Assembly: GCA_963817525.1 (NCBI GenBank)
Contig: CAWFOU010000007.1
Coordinates: 1,184,001 to 1,248,000 of the forward strand
DNA length: 64,000 bases
Direction of reading: 5' to 3'
DNA from: an uncultured archaeon
Lineage (GTDB): Archaea > Thermoproteota > Nitrososphaeria > Nitrososphaerales > Gagatemarchaeaceae
Below the pieces are notes generated by a model. The model made no database searches. It had not been told where the DNA came from and worked only from the letters and a program-made list of their open reading frames with translations. Position 1 is the first letter of the stretch, and each line of letters begins with the position of its first letter. The position numbers were made by a program, and so were the translations under genes. Positions 18,899 through 28,758 of the stretch are shown one piece after another.

Positions 18899-19939
18899 TC
18901 AGAGCGGCTCCCCCGACTGCTCGTGGAGCCTCCATATCTCGTCGCTCGGAGGCCCGGCGACCTCCTCCTTCAGGCCGTTGCGGGTCAAGACCACCTTGCC
19001 CTTCATGAATCGCCCTATCGCCGTCGCCCTGGAGCCCACGGAGGCCACGGCCTCGCTGACCACCTGCTCCTCGCCCTTCTTCACCGCGATGAGCAGCGTG
19101 CCGGAGCTGATGAGCTTCAGTGGATCGACCCCGAGCGCAGAGCATATCCTCCTCGTCTCCTTGGACACGGGGATGTCCTTCTCGTCCACCTCGAGGCCCT
19201 GCCCCGACGCCGTCGCCATCTCGTAGAGAGCGCCGAGCACCCCTCCCTCGGTGCAGTCGTGCATCGCGTGGACGACGCCCGTGTCGTAGGCCGCTACGGC
19301 CTCGTCCACCACGCTGAGCCTCTCAAAGTGCCCCGAGGCCCCGGAGACCGTCTCCTTGTCCAGCCCCTTGTTGAAACTGGGGTCGGTCCCCAGGATCGCC
19401 GTCCCCTCGACCGCCGCGGTCTTGGTCATCATTAGGGTGTCTCCCGAGCGCGCGCCCGCAGCGGTCACGTACGAGTCGGCGACCGCAAAAGCCGTGGTGA
19501 CCACAATGGGCCTGTGCAGCCCCGGGCTCAGCTCGGTGTGCCCTCCCAGGATCGCGATGCCCAGGCGCTCTGCCGTCCTGTGCATCTCGGAGGAGAGCCG
19601 CCCAACGTCCCTCTCAGTCGCCTCCTCGGGCAGGAGTATCACAGACTGCATGAACTCGGGCCGGCGGCCGCTCGTCGCCACGTCGTTGGCGCTGACGTTG
19701 ACCGCGTACCACCCCGCCCTTTCCCGCACCCCGGTGATCGGGTCGGACGAGACGATCAGGTATCTTCCCTTGCCCCCTCCCAACTTCACCACCCCAAAGT
19801 CCAACCCAAGGGAGGGCTCGACGACGATCTTCGCCGACCTCGCCCCGGTCATCCCGAAGAGGTACTTCTCCATCACCTGCGGAGGGAGCTTCCCCAGGGA
19901 AAGCCGCGAAACTTTGTCCTTGCTCACGTCAGACGACAA
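18899..19939 (-). CDS. AIR synthase-related (PurM/HypE-like) protein
   Basis: GKLPP, SSDPITG, NVSANDVA..G, GGHTE, MHD.TEGG, DPLKLISSG; start 19927 or 19939. Confidence 0.92.
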   Translation of the reverse strand: MSSDVSKDKVSRLSLGKLPPQVMEKYLFGMTGARSAKIVVEPSLGLDFGVVKLGGGKGRYLIVSSDPITGVRERAGWYAVNVSANDVATSGRRPEFMQSVILLPEEATERDVGRLSSEMHRTAERLGIAILGGHTELSPGLHRPIVVTTAFAVADSYVTAAGARSGDTLMMTKTAAVEGTAILGTDPSFNKGLDKETVSGASGHFERLSVVDEAVAAYDTGVVHAMHDCTEGGVLGALYEMATASGQGLEVDEKDIPVSKETRRICSALGVDPLKLISSGTLLIAVKKGEEQVVSEAVASVGSRATAIGRFMKGKVVLTRNGLKEEVAGPPSDEIWRLHEQSGEPL

Positions 19940-19947
19940 GCGGGCCG

Positions 19948-20310
19948 CTACTGCCCCTTCTGCTCGTTCAGCCACCTTGCCGCGGCGAGGTACACCGGGT
20001 TGTCGCTCAGGTCTATCACGGGGATGATCACGCTCGTCTCCTTGTACACGAGGCTGGGCTTGTACTCGTCCATCTGGGAGTATCCGACCCACAGCCAGTG
20101 GCCGCGCCCCTCGAGGTTCTCCTTCGTTATCGTCTCGTTCTGGGGGAAGGTCTCTCTCCACATCACCACGCCTTTCGCCCACTGGAAGCTCGGGGCGATG
20201 CTTCCCACCTGCATCCCCGTGCACCTGAGCCTGATCAAGTCGTCGAGCGCGAAGCGCTGGTGCTCGTGGATGACTAGCTCCTCGTAGGGCTTGGACGAGA
20301 CCTTGACCAA
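19948..20310 (-). CDS. Hypothetical protein
   Basis: 120-aa ORF, host codon usage, co-oriented with neighbours. Confidence 0.75.
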   Translation of the reverse strand: MVKVSSKPYEELVIHEHQRFALDDLIRLRCTGMQVGSIAPSFQWAKGVVMWRETFPQNETITKENLEGRGHWLWVGYSQMDEYKPSLVYKETSVIIPVIDLSDNPVYLAAARWLNEQKGQ

Positions 20311-20350
20311 TGCTACCGGGCCGCTCTGCCCGCTCGCGCTTTTAACCTAT

Positions 20351-20761
20351 TCAATGCTCTAGAAGGGAACGGTGGAGGAGTATCGGCGCGTCGTAGAAGA
20401 GGGCGATGGCTATGGCATCCGACGCCCTGTACCCGCGAAGGAGCATCTCCTTCCCCCTCCCGACGAACTGGAGGTCTGACCTAAGCACGCTCCCCGAAGG
20501 GTAAACTTCGATGCCCGCGAGGTGGAGGCCCGCCTTCTCCGCGAACTCCTCTATCATGTTGTAGACCGAGGGGATGGACGAGCGGTCTCCCTTGTCGAAC
20601 CTGGACATGTGCATTGCCGTCTCTCCCGAGAATGCCCGCATCGTGAAGCTCCCGTCTGGCTGCGCCTTTAGCAGGACTAGCCCCTCGAGTCCGTCCTCGT
20701 CCGCGAACCCGACCTCGGCGACCTTGACGGGGACGAAATCCGTGACCTTCGTCTCAGCCAT
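20351..20761 (-). CDS. Bifunctional nuclease (DUF151) domain protein
   Basis: RASDAIAIAL...API motif. Confidence 0.8.
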   Translation of the reverse strand: MAETKVTDFVPVKVAEVGFADEDGLEGLVLLKAQPDGSFTMRAFSGETAMHMSRFDKGDRSSIPSVYNMIEEFAEKAGLHLAGIEVYPSGSVLRSDLQFVGRGKEMLLRGYRASDAIAIALFYDAPILLHRSLLEH

Positions 20762-20795
20762 GCGGCAAAATCGGGTTCGTCCGTCTAATAAATCC

Positions 20796-21104
20796 TTACG
20801 GGGATGACGAGAGCTCCTTCTTCATAGCGACGATCGACTTTTCCGTGACGGCTAGCCCCTCTCGGAGGGCCGGCTCCCTCCCGTACTTGAGCCCGACCGT
20901 TATCATGTTCACGTAGGCCTGAAGCTCTTTCATCTTAGGCATCGTGTCGGGTCTCTCCCGGGCCAGCCTCCCGATCTCGTTGTTGAGCGCAAAGATGTCC
21001 TGGAACGACTTGTTCCTCGAGTCCGGGTCGCCCCCTATCGCCCTCTCCGCGGAGGACTTTACCCTGAGGAAGGCGGCCTCAATCTCGTCCACGCCTCGCG
21101 CCAT
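20796..21104 (-). CDS. Hypothetical protein
   Basis: 102-aa helical ORF, host codons. Confidence 0.65.
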   Translation of the reverse strand: MARGVDEIEAAFLRVKSSAERAIGGDPDSRNKSFQDIFALNNEIGRLARERPDTMPKMKELQAYVNMITVGLKYGREPALREGLAVTEKSIVAMKKELSSSP

Positions 21105-21133
21105 CTAGAACGACCGACGCGGGGCCTTGCGCG

Positions 21134-21475
21134 TCACTTGGGCGCGGCTTGGGCCTGCTGCGCCTGCTGCGGCTGGGGCTTGTTGACCTGCTTGTTGACG
21201 GCGTCGGCGAGGTAGTGCCCCTTGACCGTGACCTTGACGTCCTTTACGCCCTTCACCTGTTGGGCGTAGTTCTTCATGTCCTGAGAGATCTTCAACGCGA
21301 AGATGGGCGGGCAGTAGGGCGTCGTGGCGTGGTACTCGATGACAACGTTCCCGTCCTGGATCTCGAGCTTGTCGATGAGGTTCATCTCGACGATGGGCAT
21401 CCCTATCTCCGGGTCCACCACCTTCGCGAGCTGCTTCTGGACCTCCTTCAGGTCTACCTCCTCGACTGCTGACAT
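21134..21475 (-). CDS. Metal-sulfur cluster assembly factor (DUF59/SufT-like)
   Basis: VVDPEIG.PIVEMNLI and TTPYCP motifs. Confidence 0.93.
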   Translation of the reverse strand: MSAVEEVDLKEVQKQLAKVVDPEIGMPIVEMNLIDKLEIQDGNVVIEYHATTPYCPPIFALKISQDMKNYAQQVKGVKDVKVTVKGHYLADAVNKQVNKPQPQQAQQAQAAPK

Positions 21476-21526
21476 TGCAGAGGTCCAAGGGTTTTCGGAG
21501 TTATTTAGAGGTTTGCGAGGTACGGC

Positions 21527-22276
21527 CTACCCATAAATGCCGCCGCGCTCGCGGCGGACATCTGGGAGTGCTGCCTCCGCGCCCTCTTTCTCCAGCTCCT
21601 TGGCGCGCGCCAGCAGCTCCTTGGTGTCGACTGATAAGTCCAGCATCTTTGAGAGGACGCCGAGTATCTGCAGCAGCGACCGAGGGTGCGGGAGGGGCTC
21701 GCCGTGGTCGACCCCCACCTTGAACCCCCTCATCCCGTAGTCTCCGGCCATCCCCACGACGAGGTTGGGGAAGAACGGCCCCGGCTCGCCCTTGGTTATG
21801 GTCACTCCCAGCCCCTCGAGCTCCTTCACGCCAGCCGCGTCCGATGCGAACCCGACGGGCTTCAGGGGGACCCCTGCGGGGACGGGGGACTCGGACCACC
21901 TCGCGCCGACGGACACCACCTCCTCCACCCCGAGCCGTCGAGCGTACGTTAGCACGCTGTGGGCGTACTCCTGCTGGTCGTCGAAGGGGGAGCCGTCCCC
22001 GGCCAGGATGATCAGACGCCTCTTAGCTGAGAAGGAATAGAAGCTGTTGGAGCGCAGGCGGACCACGCCGTCATCCCCAATGGCGACGTCGGCGGGGAGC
22101 GAGGAGGAGTATAGCGTGGCGAACTTCCTGAACTCCAACTTCCGGAGGAGGAACCTGGAGAGCTCCCTCGCGTGCGAGTACAGGGGCTCGTACTGGGGCG
22201 TCATGGTGGAGAGCGCCACCACGAGGGTAGAGTCCTCCACGCCGGGCTCTTCTTCGACGACGAGCTTCTCCCACAT
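21527..22276 (-). CDS. PAC2 family proteasome assembly chaperone
   Basis: FATLYSSSLP, PHPRS, ends ..GIYG. Confidence 0.8.
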   Translation of the reverse strand: MWEKLVVEEEPGVEDSTLVVALSTMTPQYEPLYSHARELSRFLLRKLEFRKFATLYSSSLPADVAIGDDGVVRLRSNSFYSFSAKRRLIILAGDGSPFDDQQEYAHSVLTYARRLGVEEVVSVGARWSESPVPAGVPLKPVGFASDAAGVKELEGLGVTITKGEPGPFFPNLVVGMAGDYGMRGFKVGVDHGEPLPHPRSLLQILGVLSKMLDLSVDTKELLARAKELEKEGAEAALPDVRRERGGIYG

Positions 22277-22328
22277 AGAGGTGTTTTGGGCGCGTGCATC
22301 ATAAAAGAGCATCGTTTCGGCCAGGCGG

Positions 22329-23183
22329 TCAGCGCTTCGCGGGGATCATGTAGTACCTGCCGCCCCACAGCTTCAGCTCGACCCCCGTCCCGAGGCAGCT
22401 GCTCAGCTTCTCGCTTGTGAGGGTGGCCCCGATCCTCCCGGAGGAGACCACCCTGCCTTCCCTGAGGAGGAGGGCATGGGTGAACCCCGGCGGGACGTCC
22501 TCCGTCCTGTGGGTCACCTCCACGAACGACGGGCCTCCCCTCCTGGAGAGGAGCGGCGCCAGCCCGTCGAGGAAGCTCTCCCTCGAGGCGATGTCCAGCC
22601 CCTCGCAGGGCTCGTCGAGGATCAGGAGCCTCGGCCTCGCCATCATAGCCCGCGCGATGGCGACCTTCTGCCTCTCGCCCTGCGAGAGCTCAGAGAACGC
22701 CTTCCCGGCCTGCTCGGCGCACCCCATGGCCCTCAGGAGGGACTTCGCCCTCGCCAGGTCACCCGCGCCAACCTTCGTCCAAACCCTGATCGACCCGAAC
22801 TTCCCGCTGACGACGAAGTCCACCACCTTCTCGTCGCCGCCTATCATCCAGTCGAGGTAAGAGCTCACCAGACCTGTCTCCGTCCTCAGCTCGCGGAGGT
22901 CCGCGTCCCCGAATCTCCTCCCGAGGACCGAGACCTCGCCGCTCGACGGCCACCTGTAGCCGTTGATGATGCTGAGGAGGCTCGTCTTGCCCGCACCGTT
23001 GGGGCCTATCACGACCCAGTTCTCGCCCGGCATCACCTCCCAGTCGACGCGGTGCAGCACCCGCCTCCCGTCGAGCACGAGGCTGACGTCCTTGAGCGAG
23101 ACGACCGGGCCGGGTGTGGCTGCGCTTCCAGGGTGTCGACCAGCCTCCGGAAGGCGTCGGTCGTGGGATCTGACCCCTGTCAA
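22329..23183 (-). CDS. ABC transporter ATP-binding protein (ModF/YlmA-like)
   Basis: GPNGAGKT, LSQGE, LILDEP..GLD, VTH; start uncertain. Confidence 0.93.
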   Translation of the reverse strand: MTGVRSHDRRLPEAGRHPGSAATPGPVVSLKDVSLVLDGRRVLHRVDWEVMPGENWVVIGPNGAGKTSLLSIINGYRWPSSGEVSVLGRRFGDADLRELRTETGLVSSYLDWMIGGDEKVVDFVVSGKFGSIRVWTKVGAGDLARAKSLLRAMGCAEQAGKAFSELSQGERQKVAIARAMMARPRLLILDEPCEGLDIASRESFLDGLAPLLSRRGGPSFVEVTHRTEDVPPGFTHALLLREGRVVSSGRIGATLTSEKLSSCLGTGVELKLWGGRYYMIPAKR

Positions 23184-23338
23184 ACGGGTTCCTAGACGCC
23201 CCCGGAGGCCGTTTAAGCTTCCCGCAGACATGGCCTGCCCATCAGCTCCAGTCCTCTCGTGCGATGGAGGCTGCATACATAGCGTAATGAGTTCGAATCC
23301 ACCTCTAGTGACGTAAGCGGGCGCGCCATCAATAGAAC

Positions 23339-23440
23339 ATGACATTCAGCTTAAGGAAGAAAAGGGCCGGACTGGGAGTGTTGGGCACCGTCGTCGTCAT
23401 CCTAGTCGTACTCTTCTTCCTCGGCTTTCTCTTTAGGTAG
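23339..23440 (+). CDS. Putative 33-aa single-TM micro-protein
   Basis: MTFSLRKKRAGLGVLGTVVVILVVLFFLGFLFR: basic stretch followed by a hydrophobic helix. Confidence 0.45.
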   Translation: MTFSLRKKRAGLGVLGTVVVILVVLFFLGFLFR

Positions 23441-23625
23441 TCGCGTCCGGGTCAGGGGCAGCGCCCCGGGAACGACAAGGGGAGCCCTGGGGTCGAGCTC
23501 AGGACGCTGAGCCACATATGACGCACCAGCACCCTGAGGTCTGCCCGCGGAACGAGTCGGCCAGCCGTCTGACGCGTCACGGCTCGTCCGAGAAAGCAAT
23601 AACAACGCGGTCAGCGGAGGATGGG

Positions 23626-24762
23626 GTGGCATTGGAGCTCGTCGAGCTGGCCAGTTCTCTCATCAGTTTCAGGACCGAGATCCCACCCGGCAACGAGGAG
23701 GGGTGCGCTCGCTACATACACGACTACCTCTCGGACTTGCACATCGAGGGGGCCGAGCTCCGCCTCGACAGGTTCGAGGCCGGTCGGGCTAATCTCCTGG
23801 CTAGGTTCGGGCCCGAGGAGCCGGGCCTCCTTCTAGGAGGGCACATCGACGTGGTCCCCGCCGGAGACGAATCGGCTTGGTCGTCGCCTCCGTTCGAGGG
23901 CGTGGTGAAGGGAGGCAGGCTCTACGGCCGGGGCTCTTGCGACATGAAGACGGGCCTCGCGGCGGTCCTGAAGGCCGTCGCGGGCAGCTCGAAAGGGAGG
24001 TTGCGCAGGGGGCTGCTCGTCGTCGCCACGGCCGGGGAGGAGGTGGGGTTCGACGGGCTCAAGGCAATCTACGCGCGTGACATCATCCCCGAGGGGGCTG
24101 CGAGGCTCGGGGTCATGGCCGAGCCGACGGGCCTCAGGCCGATAAGGGCCCACAAAGGCCTCGCCGACTTTCGGATTACGGTGACGGGGAGGAGCGGCCA
24201 CGCGAGCAAGCCCGAGCTCGGGGTCAACGCGGTGGAGAAGTGCGCGGACCTGATAGACGCGATCTCATCGTGGGGACGGACCCTCCGCAAGGACGACGAC
24301 GGGGACCTCGGGAGCACCATCGCCACGCCTACGGTCATCAGGGGAGGGACCAAGAGCAACGTGATCCCCGACTCGTGCGAGCTCATCGTCGACACCCGGT
24401 GGGTCCCAAAGCACAGCACCGCCTTCGTGCAGAGGGGCCTTAACTCGGTCATAGCCTCGCTGAAGAAGAAAGACCCCGCCTTCGAAGCCCGGGTCGAGCT
24501 GATGTACGACAGCCCCGCGCTGAAGCTCCCCCGGACCCACCCCGCCGTGAAGCTCGCCGAATCGATAAGCGGGCTAAAGTCGGAGGTGGCCCCGTACGGT
24601 ACGGAGGCTGCGCTCTACGCGGAGCACGGCGTCCCCTCGCTTGTGCTGGGCCCGGGAAGCCTGAAGCAGGCCCACGTCGTCGACGAGTTCGTCGAGCTCT
24701 CGGAGGCCAGGAAGGCCCTCACGATCTACTCCAAGATGATCGAGTCAGTCTGCGCGGCGTAG
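23626..24762 (+). CDS. M20 family metallopeptidase (ArgE/DapE-like)
   Basis: GHIDVVP, GRGSCDMK, GEEVG, EPT, GPGS..QAH..DE. Confidence 0.95.
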   Translation: MALELVELASSLISFRTEIPPGNEEGCARYIHDYLSDLHIEGAELRLDRFEAGRANLLARFGPEEPGLLLGGHIDVVPAGDESAWSSPPFEGVVKGGRLYGRGSCDMKTGLAAVLKAVAGSSKGRLRRGLLVVATAGEEVGFDGLKAIYARDIIPEGAARLGVMAEPTGLRPIRAHKGLADFRITVTGRSGHASKPELGVNAVEKCADLIDAISSWGRTLRKDDDGDLGSTIATPTVIRGGTKSNVIPDSCELIVDTRWVPKHSTAFVQRGLNSVIASLKKKDPAFEARVELMYDSPALKLPRTHPAVKLAESISGLKSEVAPYGTEAALYAEHGVPSLVLGPGSLKQAHVVDEFVELSEARKALTIYSKMIESVCAA

Positions 24763-24767
24763 CCGAC

Positions 24768-25532
24768 TCAGACGAAGGTGAAGGCGCTCCCTATCACGAA
24801 AAGGATCCCCGCGGCGACCGCCCCGATGGCAAGGGTCTCGAACCCGCTCCTCAGGGGCTTCCTCTTCGCTATCCGACCCTTCCACTCGCCCGCAGCGAAG
24901 AGGAAGATTAGCGAGACGAGCACCGAGAGCTCAACGGAGACCGGCTTGCTTGAAATCAGGTACGGGACGAGGGGGACAAATGAGCCTATCAGGAAGGAGA
25001 GCCCGATGACCGCCCCCAGCTTGTAGGGGTTTTCCAGGTTGCCCCTGTGGACGTGGAGCTCATTGGTGAGCATGTCCTCGAGGAACTTCTCCTTGTTGGT
25101 GAGCAACCTGGCCACGACCATGTCCGCCTCCTGCTCGGTCAGGCCCTTGTCCAAGTAGATCGCCTTCATCTCCTGCTTCTCCTCTTCCGTCTCGACCTCT
25201 ATCTCGAGGGCCTCCCTGTCGGCGTCGGCGTTGAAGAGGTCGTGCTCCGACCGAGCGCTAAGTATCCCGCCGAAGAACATCGAGACGGTCCCCGCGAGCA
25301 TGGCAGCCAAGCCGGCGAACCGTATCAGCGAGTCGCTCTCCACCGCGCCGCTGAAACCGGTGAGGAACGAGAGGTTGGTCACCAGCCCATCGGCCAGGCC
25401 AAGGGCGGAGGCCGAAATCAGGCCTCTCCCGCGTATGTGCGGGTGCCTCTCCTCGTACGTGCCGCGTTTGAGCGAGCCGCCGCCTGCGCTGGAGGTCCCT
25501 CCTCCCGCGCCGGGGGCACGCTCGTCTTCCAT
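24768..25532 (-). CDS. VIT1/CCC1 family transporter
   Basis: LGLADGLV, AG..SM..G..LS..SE, G.FVPLVPY. Confidence 0.93.
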   Translation of the reverse strand: MEDERAPGAGGGTSSAGGGSLKRGTYEERHPHIRGRGLISASALGLADGLVTNLSFLTGFSGAVESDSLIRFAGLAAMLAGTVSMFFGGILSARSEHDLFNADADREALEIEVETEEEKQEMKAIYLDKGLTEQEADMVVARLLTNKEKFLEDMLTNELHVHRGNLENPYKLGAVIGLSFLIGSFVPLVPYLISSKPVSVELSVLVSLIFLFAAGEWKGRIAKRKPLRSGFETLAIGAVAAGILFVIGSAFTFV

Positions 25533-25637
25533 CGGGATAAACGTGGGCCGCGAGCCCCCGAGACCTTATAGGCGTTTGGAGATAGCGCCTGAGGCCGCTC
25601 AGCCTTATAATCCGGGCCGAGGGGGACCTCTTCGGCA

Positions 25638-26186
25638 ATGTCTCTGATGGACAGGCGCGGCGACTACAGCTGGCCCAAGACGGCCCTCGCCGACGTCAGC
25701 ATAATACTGGACAAGGGCGTCGTGTCGGTCGGGGAGGACGTCGGGCTCACCGTGGGCTTCCGCGTCGTGGGCGGCCTGAGGGAGTCCTTCGCCCCCAACG
25801 TCTGGACGATGTCCTGGGAGGACAACGACAAGCTCGTGAGGCTGATGATGACGACCTCCGTGTCGTCCGGGAAGAAGCTCGCCACCACCGGGAAGGAGGT
25901 GAGGCGGGCGAGGTTCTACTGGAGCAGGGACCCCGACCTCCCCTACAGGATCTGGGCAGCTGTGGTGCACGAGGACGGGGGCGCGCCCATCATCCCGGCG
26001 AGCGTCGAGGACGCCCGCACAAAGTTCCTCGACGTCGTGAAGCACTTCGACATCCCTGCCCGGTCGCTAGGAAGGGGGGCGCACAAGCTCGTGGCGACCG
26101 TCGACACCTCGTGGGGCCGGAGGACCTACATCGAGAAGGGCAAGGCCTCGGGCAAGTCCAGGCCCGCAGAGGTCAGGGTAGAGTGA
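25638..26186 (+). CDS. Hypothetical protein
   Basis: 182-aa ORF; TTATAA about 30 nt upstream; host codons. Confidence 0.8.
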   Translation: MSLMDRRGDYSWPKTALADVSIILDKGVVSVGEDVGLTVGFRVVGGLRESFAPNVWTMSWEDNDKLVRLMMTTSVSSGKKLATTGKEVRRARFYWSRDPDLPYRIWAAVVHEDGGAPIIPASVEDARTKFLDVVKHFDIPARSLGRGAHKLVATVDTSWGRRTYIEKGKASGKSRPAEVRVE

Positions 26187-26635
26187 GCTCGGAGCCCTCA
26201 ACCACGGTCTCGAAGGTCGAGGTGAGGTGGGTGGAGGACGACGTCTTCCTGGGGAGCGACGAGAACGGCCACTCCGTGGTCTTCGACTCCAACATCGCGT
26301 CGCCCACGAAGGGGCGGGCCAAGGGGATCGGCCCCATGACCGCTCTCCTGACGTCCCTGGGCGCCTGCTCGGGGATGGACGTCGCCGCCATCCTCCAGAA
26401 GCGCAAGCAGAAGCTTCGCTCCCTTAGCGTCGAGGTCTCCGGCACGCGGCCGCAGTTCGGGAACCCGAAGCCCTTCACCGAGATCCACCTGAGGTACCTC
26501 GTCGGGGGACCTGAGATAGAGGAGAAGTACGTGAAGGAGGCGGTCACCGACAGCATCACCAAGTTCTGCAGCGTGGCCGCCACCATCGACGGCAAGGCGA
26601 AGATCAGCTACTCTTACGAGATAGCCCGGGCCTAG
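26183..26635 (+). CDS. OsmC family protein
   Basis: GPM..LL.SLGACSG.D and KFCSVA; GTGA overlap with the upstream gene. Confidence 0.93.
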   Translation: MSSEPSTTVSKVEVRWVEDDVFLGSDENGHSVVFDSNIASPTKGRAKGIGPMTALLTSLGACSGMDVAAILQKRKQKLRSLSVEVSGTRPQFGNPKPFTEIHLRYLVGGPEIEEKYVKEAVTDSITKFCSVAATIDGKAKISYSYEIARA

Positions 26636-27663
26636 ACGGTCAGCACGATCTTCCCAAAGTGCTCGCTCTTCTCCATCCTGACCTGCGCATCGCTCGCCCT
26701 GCTAAGCGGCATCGCAAAGTCCACGACGGGCCTTATCCTCCTCTGCCTGAAGAGTTCCAGGACCTTCAGGAGCTCCCCGCTACCGCCCATGTAGCTCCCG
26801 AATATCGTCACCTCCCTCGCGAAGACGTACCTGATGTCCGTCACCGCGTCGTACCCGGTCGTCGCCCCGCAGGTCACTATCCTCCCACCCTTCGCTACCG
26901 ACCTCAGGCTCTCTTCCCACGTCGCCTTGCCCGGGTGTTCCACGACCACGTCCACCCCCCTCCCCTCGGTGTACTTCCTTGCCTCCTCGGAGACCTTGGC
27001 CTTGTTGTGGTTCACCGTGTGGTCCGCACCGAGCTCCACCGCCTTCGCGAGCTTGGAGTCGGTCCCCGCGCTGGCGACCACGTTCGCGTTGTACGCCTTT
27101 GCAATCTGGATGGCCGCGATGCCGACCCCGGAGCCGGCCCCGTGGACGAGTACGGTCTCGCCGGGCTGGACCCTCGCCTTGGTGACCAGCATGTGGTACG
27201 CCGTCAGGAAGACGAGTGGGACCGAGGCTGCCTGGACGAAGTCCATCCTGTCAGGCTTTGGCAGGACGTTCCTCGTGGGGACGACGACGAGCTCCGCGTA
27301 TCCCCCGTCCACAGTGTTCCCGATTATCGCGTAACTGCGGCACTGGTTGTCCATCCCGCTCAGGCACTTGTCGCACCTGCCGCACCCCACGCCGGGGCTC
27401 ACGATGACCTCCATCCCCTTCCGCAGTTCCTTCTCGTGGGAGGGGACCTCCTCGACCACCCCCGCGATGTCGCACCCCGGGATGTGCGGGAGGGGCGGAC
27501 TAGAGTACGGTGGCCCTATCCGCCCCCAGATGTCGAGGTGGTTAAGGGCGCACGCCTTGACCCGGATCAGCGTCTGGTCCGGGCTGCTCAGGACCGGGTC
27601 GGGCGCGTCCTCGTACTGGAGGACCTCGGGCCCCCCGTGCTGGTGGAATCTCACTGCCTTCAT
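26632..27663 (-). CDS. Zinc-binding alcohol dehydrogenase/quinone oxidoreductase (MDR family)
   Basis: HGGPEVL, CGRCDKC...C, GAGSGVG, HFGKIVL. Confidence 0.95.
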   Translation of the reverse strand: MKAVRFHQHGGPEVLQYEDAPDPVLSSPDQTLIRVKACALNHLDIWGRIGPPYSSPPLPHIPGCDIAGVVEEVPSHEKELRKGMEVIVSPGVGCGRCDKCLSGMDNQCRSYAIIGNTVDGGYAELVVVPTRNVLPKPDRMDFVQAASVPLVFLTAYHMLVTKARVQPGETVLVHGAGSGVGIAAIQIAKAYNANVVASAGTDSKLAKAVELGADHTVNHNKAKVSEEARKYTEGRGVDVVVEHPGKATWEESLRSVAKGGRIVTCGATTGYDAVTDIRYVFAREVTIFGSYMGGSGELLKVLELFRQRRIRPVVDFAMPLSRASDAQVRMEKSEHFGKIVLTV

Positions 27664-28002
27664 GCGTCTCCGTTGTTAGAAGCATGACTATTTAGGACAT
27701 GGCTCCCTTGGGCGTTGGCGCGTTCCTCGGTCCCACCTGCTACGGCCGTGTCGACCACATGTCCGTGCCACAGATATTCATCCCTCACGAGGCTCCAAGG
27801 GGCCTCCCTCACTGACAACGGTCGTACGCAAAGGCGTACGACGCGGCAGGCTACGGCCAACTGCTATCAGAAGCGATTACTGTTGAAAACTCTTGCCGAC
27901 CTCTCTCTTATCATGCGCGAGGGAGAAAACCCACGTGCTACAGCAGTTGCATGAAAGGCCAGCGACGTGCATGGGTGGCTAAATATGGTCTCGCTATCTC
28001 TA

Positions 28003-28169
28003 TGCCGTGTTTCGGCACGTAGGGCAGGGCATGCCGGAACTCAAGCCCGCGGAGACCAAGGCCTCTGCGATTCAGACCACTGGAGAGTAAGCCAGGTCGA
28101 TGAAGCAGGAACTATACGCGCTGCAACAGGCGCTGGAAGCCCACGGATTCATTCGTGGGAGGATGTCAC
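28003..28169 (+). ncRNA. IS200/IS605 right end with TnpB omega-RNA-like scaffold, no tnpB gene
   Basis: GTAGGGCAGGGCATGCCGGAACTCAAGCCCGCGGAGA...GTCGATGAAGCAGGAA...GAAGCCCACGGATTCATTCGTGGGAGGATGTCAC: the characteristic tnpB-3'/RE pattern with subterminal hairpin and TCAC end. Confidence 0.75.
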
Positions 28170-28191
28170 ACGACCTATCGTTGCCGGGCCG

Positions 28192-28758
28192 TCACGTCGG
28201 CGGGCGCAGGCGAGTGAAGAGGAGGCCGAGGGCGAACCCCCCGGCCACGCCGAAGATGTGCGCAAAGTCGTTGACCCCGGGCCCCGCGCTCGCGATCAAA
28301 AGGAAGACCGCGTAGAAGAGCGCGATGATTATGTTCCCCAGGTTGTGGTTCCTCGCCGCATACGACCCTATCAGCCCGAAGATGGCCCCCGACGCGCCCC
28401 CAGTCTGGACGAAGGGCGGGATGAGGAAGAGCGAGACCGCGTTCCCGAGGAGCCCCGACGCGAAGTAGACCGCAAGGTACTCGCCCCTCGAGTACGAGAT
28501 CTCGTTCAGCCTCCCGAAGTAGTAGAGCCCTATCATGTTGAACCCAATGTGGAGTATGTCGAAGTGCACGAACATCGCCGTAAAGACCTGCCAGTACGCC
28601 CCGGCGAAGAACGTGTTACCGGTCTGCGCCAGCGCCGAGTAGACGGGCTCTCCCCCGACCTGGAGCACGATGTAGACCGCGATGTTCGCAGCCATGAGCG
28701 AGTACGTCACGGCCATCGAGTACTTCTGCCCGTACTGCATCGGGGACGGGAACATCAA
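28192..28758 (-). CDS. Rhomboid family intramembrane serine protease
   Basis: HIGFNM, GASGAIFG, AHIFG. Confidence 0.95.
   Translation of the reverse strand: MMFPSPMQYGQKYSMAVTYSLMAANIAVYIVLQVGGEPVYSALAQTGNTFFAGAYWQVFTAMFVHFDILHIGFNMIGLYYFGRLNEISYSRGEYLAVYFASGLLGNAVSLFLIPPFVQTGGASGAIFGLIGSYAARNHNLGNIIIALFYAVFLLIASAGPGVNDFAHIFGVAGGFALGLLFTRLRPPT

Noticed and set aside
23288-23302. GTTCGAATCC T-loop-like motif
   Set aside because: No T-stem, acceptor or anticodon arm around it
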